Below are positions 51,501 through 64,000 of a stretch of 64,000 nt of DNA, one piece after another (within the stretch, counting starts at the first letter, position 1; each line of letters begins with the position of its first letter). This stretch comes from Octopus sinensis. Its lineage: Eukaryota. Both the position numbers and the translations under genes were made by a program. A model generated the notes under the pieces. It was not told the origin of the DNA. It ran no database searches and worked only from the letters and a program-made list of their open reading frames with translations. The DNA is taken from NCBI RefSeq assembly GCF_006345805.1, contig NC_043021.1, forward strand, positions 27,094,001 through 27,158,000. The letters are read 5' to 3'.

Positions 51501-54500
51501 CCCTTTCCCTTAACCCTTTCCCTTAACCCTTTCCCTCAACCCTTTCCCTTAACCCTTTCCCTTAACCCTTTCCCTTAACCCTTTCCATTAACTCTTTCCC
51601 TTAACCCTTTCCCTTAACCCTTTCCCTTAACCCTTTCCCTCAACCCTTTCCCTCAACTCTTTCCCTTAACCCTTTCCCTTAACCCTTTCCCTCAACCCTT
51701 TCCCTTAACTCTTTCCCTTAACCCTTTCCCTTCACCCTTTCCCTTAACTCTTTCCCTTAACCCTTTCCCGTAACCCTTTCCCTTAACCCTTTCCCTTAAC
51801 CCTTTCCCTCAACCCTTTCCCTTAACTCTTTCCCTTAACCCTTTCCCATAACCCTTTCCCTTAACCCTTTCTCTTAACTCTTTCCCTTAACCCTTCCCCT
51901 TAACCCCTTCCCTTAACCCTTTCCCTTAACCCTTCCCCTCAACTCTTTCCCTTAACCCTTTCCCTCAACCCTTTCCCTTAACTCTTTCCCTTAACCCTTT
52001 CCCTTAACCCTTTCCGTCAACCCTTTCCGTCAACCCTTTCCCTTAACCCTTTCCCTTACCTTTCCCTTACCCTTTCCCTTAACCCTTTCCCTTAACCTTT
52101 CCCTTAACCCTTTCCCTCAACCCTTTCCGTTAACCCTTTCCCTTAACCCTTTCCCTTAACCCTTTCCCTCAACCCTTCTTCCCCTTAACCCTTTCCCTTA
52201 ACCCTTTCCCTCAACCCTTTCCCTTAACCCTTTCCATTAATCCTTTCCTTCAACCCTTTCCCTTAACCCTTTCCCTTAACCCTTTCCCTTAACCCTTTCC
52301 CTCAACCGTTTCCCTCAACCCGTTTCCCTTAACCCTTTCACTTAACCCTTTCCCTTAACCCTTTCCCTCAACCCTTTCCCTTAACCCTTTCCCTTAACCC
52401 TTTCCTTTAACCCTTTCCCCTAACCCTTTCCCTCAACCCTTTCCCTCAACCCATTCCCTCAACCCTTTCCCTTAACCCTTTCCCTTAACCTTTCCCTCAA
52501 CCCTCTCCCTTAACCCTTTCCCTTAACCCTTTCCCTTAACCGTTTCCCTTAACCCTTTCCCTCAACCCTTTCCCTTAACCCTTTCCCTCAACCCTTTCCC
52601 TTAACCCTTTCCCTTAACCCTTTCCCATAACCCTTTCCCTTAACCCTTTCCCTCAACCCTTTCCCTCAACCCTTTCTCTTAACCCTTTCACTTAACCCTT
52701 TCCCTTAACCCTTTCCCTTAACCCTTTCCCTTAACCCTTTCCCTCAACCCTTTCCCTTAACCCTTTCCCTTAACCCTTTCCCTTAACCCTTTCCCTTAAC
52801 TCTTTCCCTTAACCCTTTCCCTTAACCCTTTCCCTTAACCCTTTCCCTCAACCCTTTCCCTCAACTCTTTCCCTTAACCCTTTCCCTTAACCTTTTCCCT
52901 CAACCCTTTCCCTTAACTCTTTCCCTTAACCCTTTCCCTTCACCCTTTCCCTTAACTCTTTCCCTTAACCCTTTCCCTTAACCCTTTCCCTTAACCCTTT
53001 CCCTTAACCCTTTCCCTCAACCCTTTCCCTTAAATCTTTCCCTTAACCCTTTCCCTTAACCCTTTCCCTCAACCCTTTCCCTTAACTCTTTCCCTTAACC
53101 CTTTCCCCCAACCCCTTCCCTTAACCCTTTCCCTTAACCCTTTCCCTCAACTCTTTCCCTTAACCCTTTCCCTCAACCCTTTCCCTTAACTCTTTCCCTT
53201 AACCCTTTCCCTTAACCCTTTCCCTTAACCCTTTCCCTCAACCCTTTCCCTCAACCCTTTCCCTTAACACTTTCCCTTAACCTTTCCCTTAACCCTTTCC
53301 CTTAACCCTTTCCCTTAACCCTTTCCCTTAACCCTTTCCCTCAACCCTTTCCCTCAACCCTTTCCCTCAACCCTTTCCCTTAACTCTTTCCCTTAACCCT
53401 TTCTCTTAACCCTTTCCCTTAACCCTTTCCCTTAACCCTTTCCCTTAACCCTTTCCCTTAACCCTTCTCTTAACCCTTTCCCTCAACCCTTTCCCTCAAC
53501 CCTTTCCCTTAACCCTTTCCCTAACCCTTCCCTTTCCCTTAACCCTTTCCCTTAACCCTTTCCCTCACCCTTTCCCTCAACCCACCCTTTCCCCTTGCCC
53601 CTTTAACCCTTAACTTCTTTTCCCTTAACCCTTTCCCTTAACCCTTTCCCTCAACCCTTTCCCTCAACTCTTTCCCTTACCCTTTCCCATAACCCTTTCC
53701 CTTAACCCTTTCCCTAACCCTTTCCCCTTTCCCTTAACCCTTTCCCTTAACCCTTTTCCCTCAACCCTTTCCCTCACCCTTTCCCTTAACTCTTTCCTTA
53801 ACCCTTTCCCTTAACTCTTTCCCTTAACCTTTCCTCAACCCTTTCCCTCAACTCTTTCCCTTAACCCTTTCCCTTAACCCTTTCCCTTAACCCTTTCCCT
53901 CAACCCTTCCCTCACTCTTTCATTACCCTTATTAACCCTTTCCCTTAACTCTTACTCTTTCCCTTAACCCTTTCCCTTACTCTTTCTCCCTAACCCTTTC
54001 CCTTAACTTTTTCCCTTAACCCTTTCCCTTAACCCTTTCCATCAACCCTTTCCCTCAACCCTTTCCCTTAACCCTTTCCCTTAACCCTTCCCTCAACTCT
54101 TTCCCTTAACCCTTTCCCTCAACCCTTTCCCTTAACCCTTTCCCTCAACCCTTTCCGTTAACCCTTTCCCTCAACCCTTTCCCTTAACCCTTTCCCTCAA
54201 CCATTTCCCTGAACTCTTTCCCTTAACCCTTTCCCTTAACCCTTTCCCTCAACCCTTTCCCTTAACCCTTTCCCTTAACCCTTTCCCTCAACTCTTTCCC
54301 TTAACCCTTTCCCTCAACCCTTTCCCTTAACCCTTTCCCTCAACCCTTTCCCTTAACCCTTTCCCTCAACCCTTTCCCTTAACCCTTTCCCTTAACCCTT
54401 TCCCTTAACCCTTTCCCTTAACTCTCTCCCTTAACCCTTTCCCTTAACTCTTTCCCTTAACCCTTTCCCTTAACCCTTTCCCTTAACCCTTTCCCTCAAC

Positions 54501-55849
54501 CCTTTCCCTCACCCTTTCCCTTAACCTTTCCCTCAACCCTTTCCCTTAACCTTTCCCTCAACCCTTTCCCTTAAACCCTTTCCCTTAACCCTTTCCCTCA
54601 ACCCTTTCCCTTAACCCTTTCCTTGAACCCTTTCCCTCAACCCTTTCCCTTAACCCTTTCCCTTAACCCCTTCCCTTAACCCTTTCCCTTAACCCTTTCC
54701 CTTAACTCTCTCCCTTAACCCTTTCCCTTAACTCTTTCCCTTAACCCTTTCCCTTAACCCTTTCCCTTAACCCTTTCCCTCAACCCTTTCCCTCAACCCT
54801 TTCCCTTAACCCTTTCCCTCAACCCTTTCCCTTAACCCTTTCCCTTAACCCTTTCCCTCAACTCTTTCCCTTAACCCTTTCCCTCAACCCTTTCCCTTAA
54901 CCCTTTCCCTCAACCCTTTCCCTTAACCCTTTCCCTCAACCCTTTCCCTTAACCCTTTCCCTTCCCCTCAACCCTTTCCCTTAACCCTTTCCCTCAACCC
55001 TTTCCCTTAACCCTTCCCTTTCCCTCAACCCTTTCCCTTAACCCTTTCCCTCAACCCTTTCCCCTTAACCCTTCCCCTTAACCTTTCCCTCAACCCTTTC
55101 CCTTAACCCTTCCCTTACCCTTTCCCTCAACCCTTTCCCTTAACCCCTTTCCCTCAACCCTTTTCCCTAACCCTTTCCCTCAACCCTTTCCCTTAACCCT
55201 TTCCCTCAACCCTTTCCCTTAACCCTTTCCCTCACCCTTTCCTTAACCCTTCCCTCACCCTTTCCCTTAACCCTTTCCCTCAACCCTTTCCCTTAACCCT
55301 TTCCCTTAACCCTTTCCCTCAACCCTTTCCCTTAACCCTTTCCCTTAACCCTTTCCCTCAACCCTTTCCCTTAACCCTTTCCCTCAACCCTTTCCCTTAA
55401 CCCTTTCCCTCAACCCTTTCCCTTAACCCTTTCCCTTAACCCTTTCCCTCAACCCTTTCCCTTAACCCTTTCCCTCAACCCTTTCCCTCAACCCTTTCCC
55501 TCAACCCTTTCCCTTAACCCTTTCCCTTAACCCTTTCCCTTAACCCTTTCCCTTAACCCTTTCCCTCAACCCTTTCCCTCAACCCTTTCCCTCAACCCTT
55601 TCCCTTAACCCTTTCCCTTAACCCTTTCCCTTAACCCTTTCCCTTACCCTTTCCCTCAACCCTTTCCCTCAACCCTTTCCCTTAACCCTTTCCCTTAAAC
55701 CTTTCCCTCAACTCTTTCCCTTAACCCTTTCCCTCAACCCTTTCCCTCAACCCTTTCCCTCAACCCTTTCCCTCAACCCTTTCCCTTAACCCTTTCCCTT
55801 AACCCTTTCCCTCAACCCTTTCCCTTAACCCTTTTCCCTCAACTCTTTC
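48573..55849. repeat. 13-bp telomere-like satellite (AACCCTTTCCCTT/AACCCTTTCCCTC)n, ~7.3 kb, about 560 units
   Basis: Directly visible. The minus strand reads (GGGTTAAGGGAAA)n. Confidence 0.97.
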
Positions 55850-56364
55850 GTGTATGTCGAATTATTCCCTTGCCTTCAAGGCATCTCATATGATACACGA
55901 CTGTTTTCTTTTTCAACTGCCAAAGTAACTTGTAACTTATGAATGGAACGCTCTATATTATCCAGAAAGTATGAAACAAAGGCTAACTAAAAGTCTGAAC
56001 ATAAGTTTGGACGTTTGAGGACAAAGGCAGGAAAATGCTTTAGAAATGCAAAACGTTAAAGGAGATGTGGCTGTTAGAAATAACAGTCAAATCTCCCTTA
56101 AATCATGACCTAACAAGAGGGCTTCACACAGTATAATAACCTCAAAAAGGAACCTTTTGGGTTACCATTTTAACGTTGTTTATTCTGTTGCTGTTGTTAC
56201 ATTTACAGATGTTTAGCCCCAGATCACCTTGTTACGCCTGGCTTATAATTAAAAGCTTTGCAGCAGTGACCCCCCTGTTAATTTTTATTTGTTTTCTCTC
56301 GAAAAAGCATGTATGACAACATTACTCAATGCCTCCATTACTTTTAAGACAGCGGTACCGAATT

Positions 56365-56675
56365 TAATGCAAAATTTGGTATTTCTGCGATTTCCAACGA
56401 ATTTAGTGATCATGTGTAAGCCCTTTTGATAGTTCATACGTTTTGGAATGCACAATTTGCTACTATTTCTAGCAAGTTTAGTGTCCAGCTGGAGGCTCTT
56501 TTAATCGTCCATAGTTTCCAGAATGCAAAATTTGCTGCAATTTCTCGCAAGTTTAGGTACCATGGGGAAGTTCTTTTGATAGTTCATAGTTTCAAGAATG
56601 CGAAATTTGTTGCTATTTCTTGCGCGTTTAATGATCCTGTGGCGGCTCTTTTGAGAGTTCATAGTTTCTAGAAGT
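56365..56675 (+). repeat. 75-bp diverged tandem repeat x ~4
   Basis: G(C/T)(C/T)CTTTT..AGTTCATAG-like blocks start at 56420, 56495, 56570 and 56645. Confidence 0.8.
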
Positions 56676-57575
56676 TGTCCATGTAAAAGTTTTTCTCTCT
56701 TATGTTTTCGAAGATGATTAAAATATTCTTGGTTCTGACTGAGAAAATTGTACAAAACAACATTATATTTCTTCTAGAAAATAAAACTGAATTTTCTTTT
56801 TCTTTGGCAAAATACAATATTTTTTAACAGTTGCTTTTCACTACATCCATGCAGCATAAGCACTTAGGAAAATCATATATATATGTATAGTAAAAAGAGT
56901 GCTAGAAAGTAAACGGCACCTTGGGCTACGCCAGTATTAGACAGTTAGTTGTAGGTAGCACGTCTTTAGAAATAGCTATTTGCTTTGTGTGCCGTGTGAG
57001 AAAATGTACGTATATAAATACGTACACACACAGACACACAGACACACACACACACACACACTCAGAGGTATTTATATATATTTGTTTATACATTTATGTA
57101 CATTTATATATATTTTTGTACATTTATATGTAAATATAAGCAGGTATAACAACCAAGTTTTGAATACAAATGCCTAAAACAATGAGTGAGTGAATGTGTG
57201 TGTATACATACGTAGATATATGTGTAAATGTAAATGTATGATTTTGCGTGCAAATATTTGTATATAAGCGTAAACGCATACACACAAGCATGCAGATATA
57301 CCTATGTATATATACATACATGCGCACATAGTCATTCATTTAGACATTTGTTCAGAATTAGATCGTGCTACATGAATATGTGTACACACACACACATTAT
57401 ATATAAATATTTTTTACACACACACACACACATATATATATATATTCCTACATGTATACATATCTATTTATATACACACAAATATATTCATACATACATA
57501 CACATATATCCGTAGAAACATACAGTTACACTCACTCACACGTATGCATGCTCACAAACACCACCACGCGTACAC

Positions 57576-57622
<47 letters not shown>

Positions 57623-57700
57623 TATATATATATATATATAATATATATATAATATATACATATATATATATATATATTCAGATAGAGAGAGAAGGGAGGT

Positions 57701-57737
<37 letters not shown>

Positions 57738-57740
57738 AGA

Positions 57741-57784
<44 letters not shown>

Positions 57785-58331
57785 CAAAAAATGCAAATAA
57801 CAGACTGGAAAATTGTTGATATTTCTTATATTTGCCTGAAAACGGAAGATAAAAATACGTTTGCTAAATTTAAAATATTTCCCCAATGCAATAAGTGAAT
57901 TATGATCAGTTACAATCTTGAGTCTAATCTGAAGATAAAGTTTTCTTGCCTGTTTCCAAATTACATTCGTGGAGCAGGTTATTACTTTTTTTTGTTTTTT
58001 GAAATGTTGGCGCAGTTAAAGTAAGGCACGCAAACCTATACGCACGTACATACGCGTATGCAAATACTAACATTCACAAATACGCACACACAGGCACACA
58101 CAAACACACTCACATAAAACATAACTACGTACATACATGTGCTTACACACTCATACGTACATATGCATTTATATATATATTTAGAAATAGAGATTACATA
58201 CACACATATATATATATGTGTGTAAATATATATATGCATATATACATATACATACAACATACATACATATATACATACATACATACATACACACACATGC
58301 ATACGGCCATTCATATATTCTTGTATATGTA

Positions 58332-58417
<86 letters not shown>

Positions 58418-58512
58418 GTGGTGTGAATGTGTGTATAAATGTGTTTATGTATATGAACATCTGCTTATTTATATATACTTGTATAGGTGATGATATATAT
58501 ACAAGTTTATTA

Positions 58513-58567
<55 letters not shown>

Positions 58568-59099
58568 ATAATAATTATTATTATTATTATTATCATTATT
58601 ATTAATATTATTATTTCGCTTTGGCACACCGATGCTAATAACCTGGTGTTAGAAGTCAATATACATATGCTTCAGAACGAAACGTTACTTGAGTACAGAA
58701 CATTAAATAAATAACACGGGAATAAGAAATCGTGTCATGAACATCCATTGCCTTACGGCTGTTTCTGTTATAAGATGCTATGCTCTCATATCTGTGTGCT
58801 TGTGTTTCACCCAATGGTTTCATCGGAGCTTCAAAATTTTAGTGCAGATTTATTAATTAATGAAATTCCAACTAATTTTGATTTTCAAGTATTATTATTT
58901 GCAATTTTTACAATTTTACAATATTGAAATAAACTAGTTCATTCATGCGTTACGCAATCATGAGATGTATGTAGTGACTGTCGTGTTCCACAATTGATAA
59001 CTGTAGTGAAATGCTCAGATTTATCCTTTAAATACCCCCCCCCCCCCGATGGACTCTAGCAGGCTGAATCCTTACGAATTGTATTTTGACCAATCAGTA

Positions 59100-60165
59100 A
59101 GTGGTTTAGATGTCACGGTTTGGTGAGCGCGCCAACTAAATTCTGACTGCGTTTGTCTCTGGTATTCACATCTTCCACAATGGTACAAATTTTTCTGGCT
59201 AGGCAGTATGGGATATTGAGTTTTGTATCTGTTGGATGGCACGATTTAAAGTTCAGGGTTTTATGCGTGTCTGTATCTTTTTAATATATATCAGTGGTAT
59301 TACTTTTAATTACCATTATGTCTAGAAATGGTAATTTGGTACTACTCATCTTTGTAAATTGGAGAGTTGGGTGTAGATTGTTCAGGAAGCTATTTTGTCC
59401 AGATTATGAAGCAATCGTCATGGTATCACTTCCATGATTATCCAATATACCTTCTAAATTCAGTGCATAGTTTTCCTCTGTTTTTTGATAGAATTGTTTT
59501 TCTAAGTATCCCATTACGGAGTTCGCATAAACGGGAGAACATTTCATTCCCATTGCTGAGCTTCTAACTTGGATGTAATTCTTCCCATTAAAAAAGAATG
59601 TGGTATTTTGAAAAATAAGTTTGACTGTGTCTAATATAAATGAAGCGGTGAATCTACTGGGAATCACTTCTCGATGCTTTTCTGCCAGGTATTTAATCGC
59701 CTTTATTCCTAAATCATGTGAAATATTGATGTAAAAGCTTACTACATCAAACTAATTAAAATTGAATTCGATTCCGTTGTTTTGGGAAGGTGAGACAAGA
59801 AGTCAATGAAACTAGGCATTTGGGTACATAATAGTTTCAAAATAATGTCAATAAAATTACTTAGACGGTGGGTAGAGCATGATGGATCAACTATAATAGG
59901 TCTAAGTTTTAGGTCTTTCGGGTGTAGTAATTTTATGTTTTTTCTTCACTCTTGTCTCGGTCATTTGACTGTGGCGATGCTGGAGCACCGCCTTTAGTCG
60001 AGCAAATCGACCCCAGGACTTATTCTTTGTAAGCCTAGTACTTATTCTATCGGTTCTCTTTTGCCGAAGCGCTACGTTACGGGGACGTATACAATCCACC
60101 ATCGGTTGTCAAACGATGTTAGGGGAGGGGGCAAACACAGACACACAAACATATACACACACATA

Positions 60166-60220
<55 letters not shown>

Positions 60221-60720
60221 TATACGACTGGCTTGTTTGTTTCCGTCAACCAAATACACTCACAAGGCTTTGGTCGGCTCGAGGCTATTGTAGAAGACAC
60301 TTGCCCAAGGTGCTATGCAGTGGGAATGAACCCGGAACCATGTGGTTGGTAAGCAAGCTACTTACCACACAGCCACTCCTGCACCTTGTTTTTTTTTTTC
60401 CTTACAGCTTGTTGAATTCCTTTTCACTTGTGTATGTTTGGTAAGCCATAGAAGTTGCTCGACTTTGGTTCGAACTTTATGATGTAGTCACTTTCATTAT
60501 GGTAATGGAGTTGTAGCGTTTTGAAACCAGGTTATTGACGTTCTTCATGATGTGCTGGTGTATATTTGAAGGTATTTCCCTGTAGAATGTTGTGTCCTTC
60601 AATTGGTCCTGAATTAAATCCCTGTAGTATTCGGCATCCATTATAACAATTGCGTCCCCTTTATCTGCTTGTTTAATGATCATCGTGTTATCGTTTTGTA
60701 GGCGTTTAAGTGTAGAACAC
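59100..60720 (-). mobile_element. Second, older Penelope-like RT fragment, interrupted by a SINE
   Basis: IIKQADKGDAIVIMD, NFYGLP, LRPII, SAMGMKCSPVYAN, LPFLDIMV and FKSCHP on the minus strand. Confidence 0.8.
59945..60385 (-). mobile_element. Intact SINE family B (CORE-like)
   Basis: GGTGCAGGAGTGGCTGTGTGGTAAGTAGCTTGCTTACCAACCACATGGTTCCGGGTTC head, CACCTTGGGCAAGTG CORE-like block, internal (TA)n and 3' half. Confidence 0.85.
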
Positions 60721-60959
60721 CCTAATACACATAACATGCACGAAAAACACAAACAATACATGAAACGATGACTGAAACAAATAAAAGAATAAAAGAAAAG
60801 AATATATTTCTGTATGTTTGTTTGTATGTTTGTTTGTATGTATGTATGTATGTATTATGTATGTATGTATGTATGTATGTATGTATGTATGTATGTATGT
60901 ATGTATGTATGTATGAATCTATCTATCTATATATATATAAGTATATATTATATATATGG

Positions 60960-61641
60960 AGAACAAAAAGTCAAATTAGAAAATGCTAAAATAATTTTAT
61001 AAAGAACATTTCAGTACCGGTTTCGGTCATTTTTGAGACCTTTTCAACTGTAACAATTAAATAATTAAATTTAGAAAAATTTAAAGAAAAGTTTTTTGAA
61101 AGAATGTTTGTAAAGTGTTCAAATACAAGTGGCATTGCTCTGTCTCTCTTGTTTACTCTTGTGGGTTCGAGGTCGTTGTGAATTCTTGGTAGGGAAGAAG
61201 AAGAAAAGAAGAAGAAAAAGAAGAAGAAGAAGAAAAGAAGAAGAAGAAGAGAAGAAGAAGAAGAAGAAGAAGAAGAAGAAAGAAGAAGAAGAAGAAGAAG
61301 AAGTAGAAGGATGAGAAGAAGAGGGAGATTTGGGAGTGCCTTGATTGTAGTATCTTGAGTGGTCAGTGGCGGCTAGCAGTTGCTGTTCAATTCATGAGAA
61401 TATTTCTATTAAAAGGTTTGTTTATAGAATTTGCGTAGGCGTTATACTAAAAAGTATTAGTGATAAAGTTAGGAAGTAGAATGGGGAGAAGAAGAAGAAG
61501 AAGAGGTAGGAGGGGAAGAAGAAGAAGAAGAAGAAGAAGAAGAAGAAGAAGAAGAAGAAGATGAAGATGATGATGATGATGCTGATGCTGATGATGATGA
61601 TGATGATAATGATGATGATGATGAAGAAGAAGAAGAAGAAG

Positions 61642-61673
<32 letters not shown>

Positions 61674-63240
61674 GAAGAAGAAGAAGAAAGAGAATGGAGA
61701 ATATGAATGAGTAGAAATAGTGAGGTGTTGAATGACTTAAAGTTGGCACGTTATGGGTTATAGCTGTGATTGGGGCTGATTTTAATGGATTCTTAGGGAT
61801 GTAATATTTGCGTGTGTATTTGTGTTATTCTAAAGCCTAGGTGGATATATCGTTTGTCGTAGACCCAATCAGAAAGGGGCTGTATTTTGTAATAAAGAGA
61901 GTTTCTTTACTAATTCGTTGGATCCAGGTTGTATCGTCCCTGAATTGGTAGATGGGAAAAATCCTGAAGCTTGTTGTTTTGTTGTTGGCGCAAATATCTA
62001 TGTGTTGGCTGAATGCTATTTTTCTGTTTTAAGGAATTTTTATCTGGGATCTGTGCAGGGCCATCCTTTTACGCAAACTATTTTTTGTTTGTCCTATGTA
62101 TTGCTCTTGACACCCAGAGTAGGTTATTGTGTATATCAGGTTCTCCGAAACACATGTGAAGTTGCTTTTCACTGTAAACTGTTGTCCCTGTTTGAAGGAG
62201 AACTCTGATCCCTCAATTAGATAATCGCATATCCCGCAATTGGGTCTTCCACATTTTTTTCATAGATTTAGGCTGTGTCTAGCTTTTTATGATCGTGTGT
62301 GTTTGGAGGATTGTGTTCATTCTGTGGTCTTTTTTAGGAGGGGCATGTTTTGGAGGATGGTGTCGAAGGCTTCATTGTTGAGAGGATTGTGTGTGGAGAT
62401 GTATGGCAAGGCTTTTGGTCGTAAATTTTTCTTTGATTTGGGATGTCTGAGTTCCTGGATGTTGAGTTGAAGGGCACGTTGAATGCATATGTCAATTAGT
62501 GAAGGTGGGTAGTTCCTGGTGATGAGAGTATCTTTTAGTTCTTGTAGTCATGTGTCTCTGGTGTTTGCATTAGAAACTATAGTACATATCCTTTTTGCTA
62601 GATTGAAGGGGATATTCATTCTGGTGTGTCTGGGGTGGCATGAATTGTATAACTTAGGAATACCGTAGAATTGGCTGGTTTTACTTGTGAAATTGGTCAT
62701 AGAGTAATATTCTTTGTCTGTGAGCCCTTCTTTGTATGGGTTTAACATGGATTTTAGTTCCCTCATTATTTTTTGTTGACTGTAGTTTTGGGCCTTTTCA
62801 TAATATGCTGTGTCTTCCAACATAGATAGTACTAAAGTAATGTAAAATGTCGTGTCCATTAAGACAACTGCACTCCCTTTATCGGCCTCTTTGATTGTTA
62901 TTGTTTTATCTTGTTTTAATTTGTTCAACTCAGCCCATTCTTTTTTGCTGAAGTTTGGTTTGTGTTTTTGTTTGTGCATATGTTGATATGGGTAATTCGA
63001 GATGTGTTCGCAGAATGATCAATTGTTTTGATCTTACCTTTTGAGGGGGTGTAGTTACTCCTATTTCTGACCAACGATTCGTCCTCGTTGTATTTGTCGT
63101 ATAGCTCCTTAATAAGTCGTAATTTTCTACAGAATTCTGCGATGTCTTCTTTCATTTCATTGTAGTTGGGGTGTTGTGGGGTGGGTGTAAACTTGAGTCC
63201 TTTGGAAAGTATATTTATTGGTTTGCTGTTAGTTCATTGT
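60960..63240 (-). mobile_element. Penelope-like element (same family as 33703-36218) with the RT core deleted
   Basis: LSKGLKFTPTP, FCRKLRL, IKEADKGSAVV, then FYGIPK joined almost directly to NSCHP. The GIY-YIG region and 3' UTR are near-identical to the + strand copy. Confidence 0.88.
61012..61050 (-). ncRNA. Minimal hammerhead motif (U3-A8 variant) in PLE 3' end
   Basis: CAG TTGAAAA GGTC-TCAAAAAT-GACC GAAA CCGG TA CTG, with a perfect stem II. Confidence 0.62.
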
Positions 63241-63251
63241 GAGTTAGATTG

Positions 63252-63338
<87 letters not shown>

Positions 63339-63340
63339 TT

Positions 63341-63375
<35 letters not shown>

Positions 63376-63380
<5 letters not shown>

Positions 63381-63815
63381 GTTTTATTTAACAAGTTTTA
63401 ATTACTTGTTATTTCAGTCATTTAAAATCTTAGTTATGTATAACATGCATTTAATCTTGACTCTTTTTCTTTCTCAACAATATTGATATACAAAATTCGT
63501 ACTCACAGACGTTATGAAAATGATAACAACCAAACTATGTTAAGTGATTTTCTCGTGTGAGTACAAACTGGGTCGCTCAGCCGCAGAAGCTCTACGGAAT
63601 TTCAAGCAGGCTTTTGGTAATGGTTTTGTTGGCATCAGAACTGTTCAGAGATGGTTCCAAAGCTCTTGTTCAGGAGATGGTAGAAAATCCGAGAACAAAG
63701 GTTCGAAAACTTTCATAACAACTCCAAACATTTCGCACAACTGTTTTTGGACACCTGTAAAAAATTGGAAATGTCAAGAAAGCGGGTAGGTTTGTTCCAC
63801 ATCAACTGAACAAGA
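63376..63815 (+). mobile_element. Mariner transposase N-terminal remnant
   Basis: IFSCEYKLGRSAAEALRNFKQAFGNGFVGIRTVQRWFQ (mariner HTH) and KIGNVKKAGRFVPHQL (WVPHEL-like, 63791-63808). Confidence 0.8.
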
Positions 63816-63864
63816 TTCAACAAAACTGCCCGTGCTTGTCTCCTCCGGCCTATTGACAAACAGT

Positions 63865-64000
63865 ACTGGTGTGTTTACGTCCCCGTAACTCAGCGGTTCG
63901 GAAAAAGTGACCAATAAAATAAGGACAATGCTTAAAAAAATAACTGCGATCGATTCGTCCAAACTCTTCAAGGTGATGCTCCAACACAGCGCAGTCTAAT
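63865..64000 (+). mobile_element. SINE family B 3' fragment
   Basis: GGTGTGTTTACGTCCCCGTAACTCAGCGGTTCGG matches family B. Confidence 0.7.

Noticed and set aside
48573-55849. True telomere
   Set aside because: The unit is not TTAGGG and non-satellite sequence lies on both sides.

Overview
Gene-free, AT-rich, microsatellite-dense animal DNA. The SINE families, Penelope elements and (TA)n/(TATG)n load suggest a coleoid cephalopod such as Octopus (inference). No host gene is supportable, and most ORF-track entries are microsatellite artefacts. Mobile elements include a decayed CR1-group LINE (APE+RT), an RTE 3' fragment with an open frame, four decayed RLE-type non-LTR remnants, three Penelope-like (PLE) copies, a mariner fragment, several MITE/foldback palindromes and many tRNA-derived SINEs. 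A 7.3-kb telomere-like (AACCCTTTCCCTT)n satellite occupies 48.6-55.8 kb. Three signals stand out. (1) A ~490-bp x ~2.8 tandem array carries a type I hammerhead ribozyme fold in each unit (retrozyme-like), and further hammerhead motifs lie elsewhere, including a U3-A8 core variant in the PLE ends. (2) Two different non-autonomous, ORF1-like retroelements are inserted with TSDs into tRNA-derived SINE heads, and one shares its junction and 3' tail with recurrent SINE dimers, suggesting a SINE-targeting retrotransposon system. (3) There is a degenerate 28S rRNA fragment. All calls were made by eye; no searches were run.
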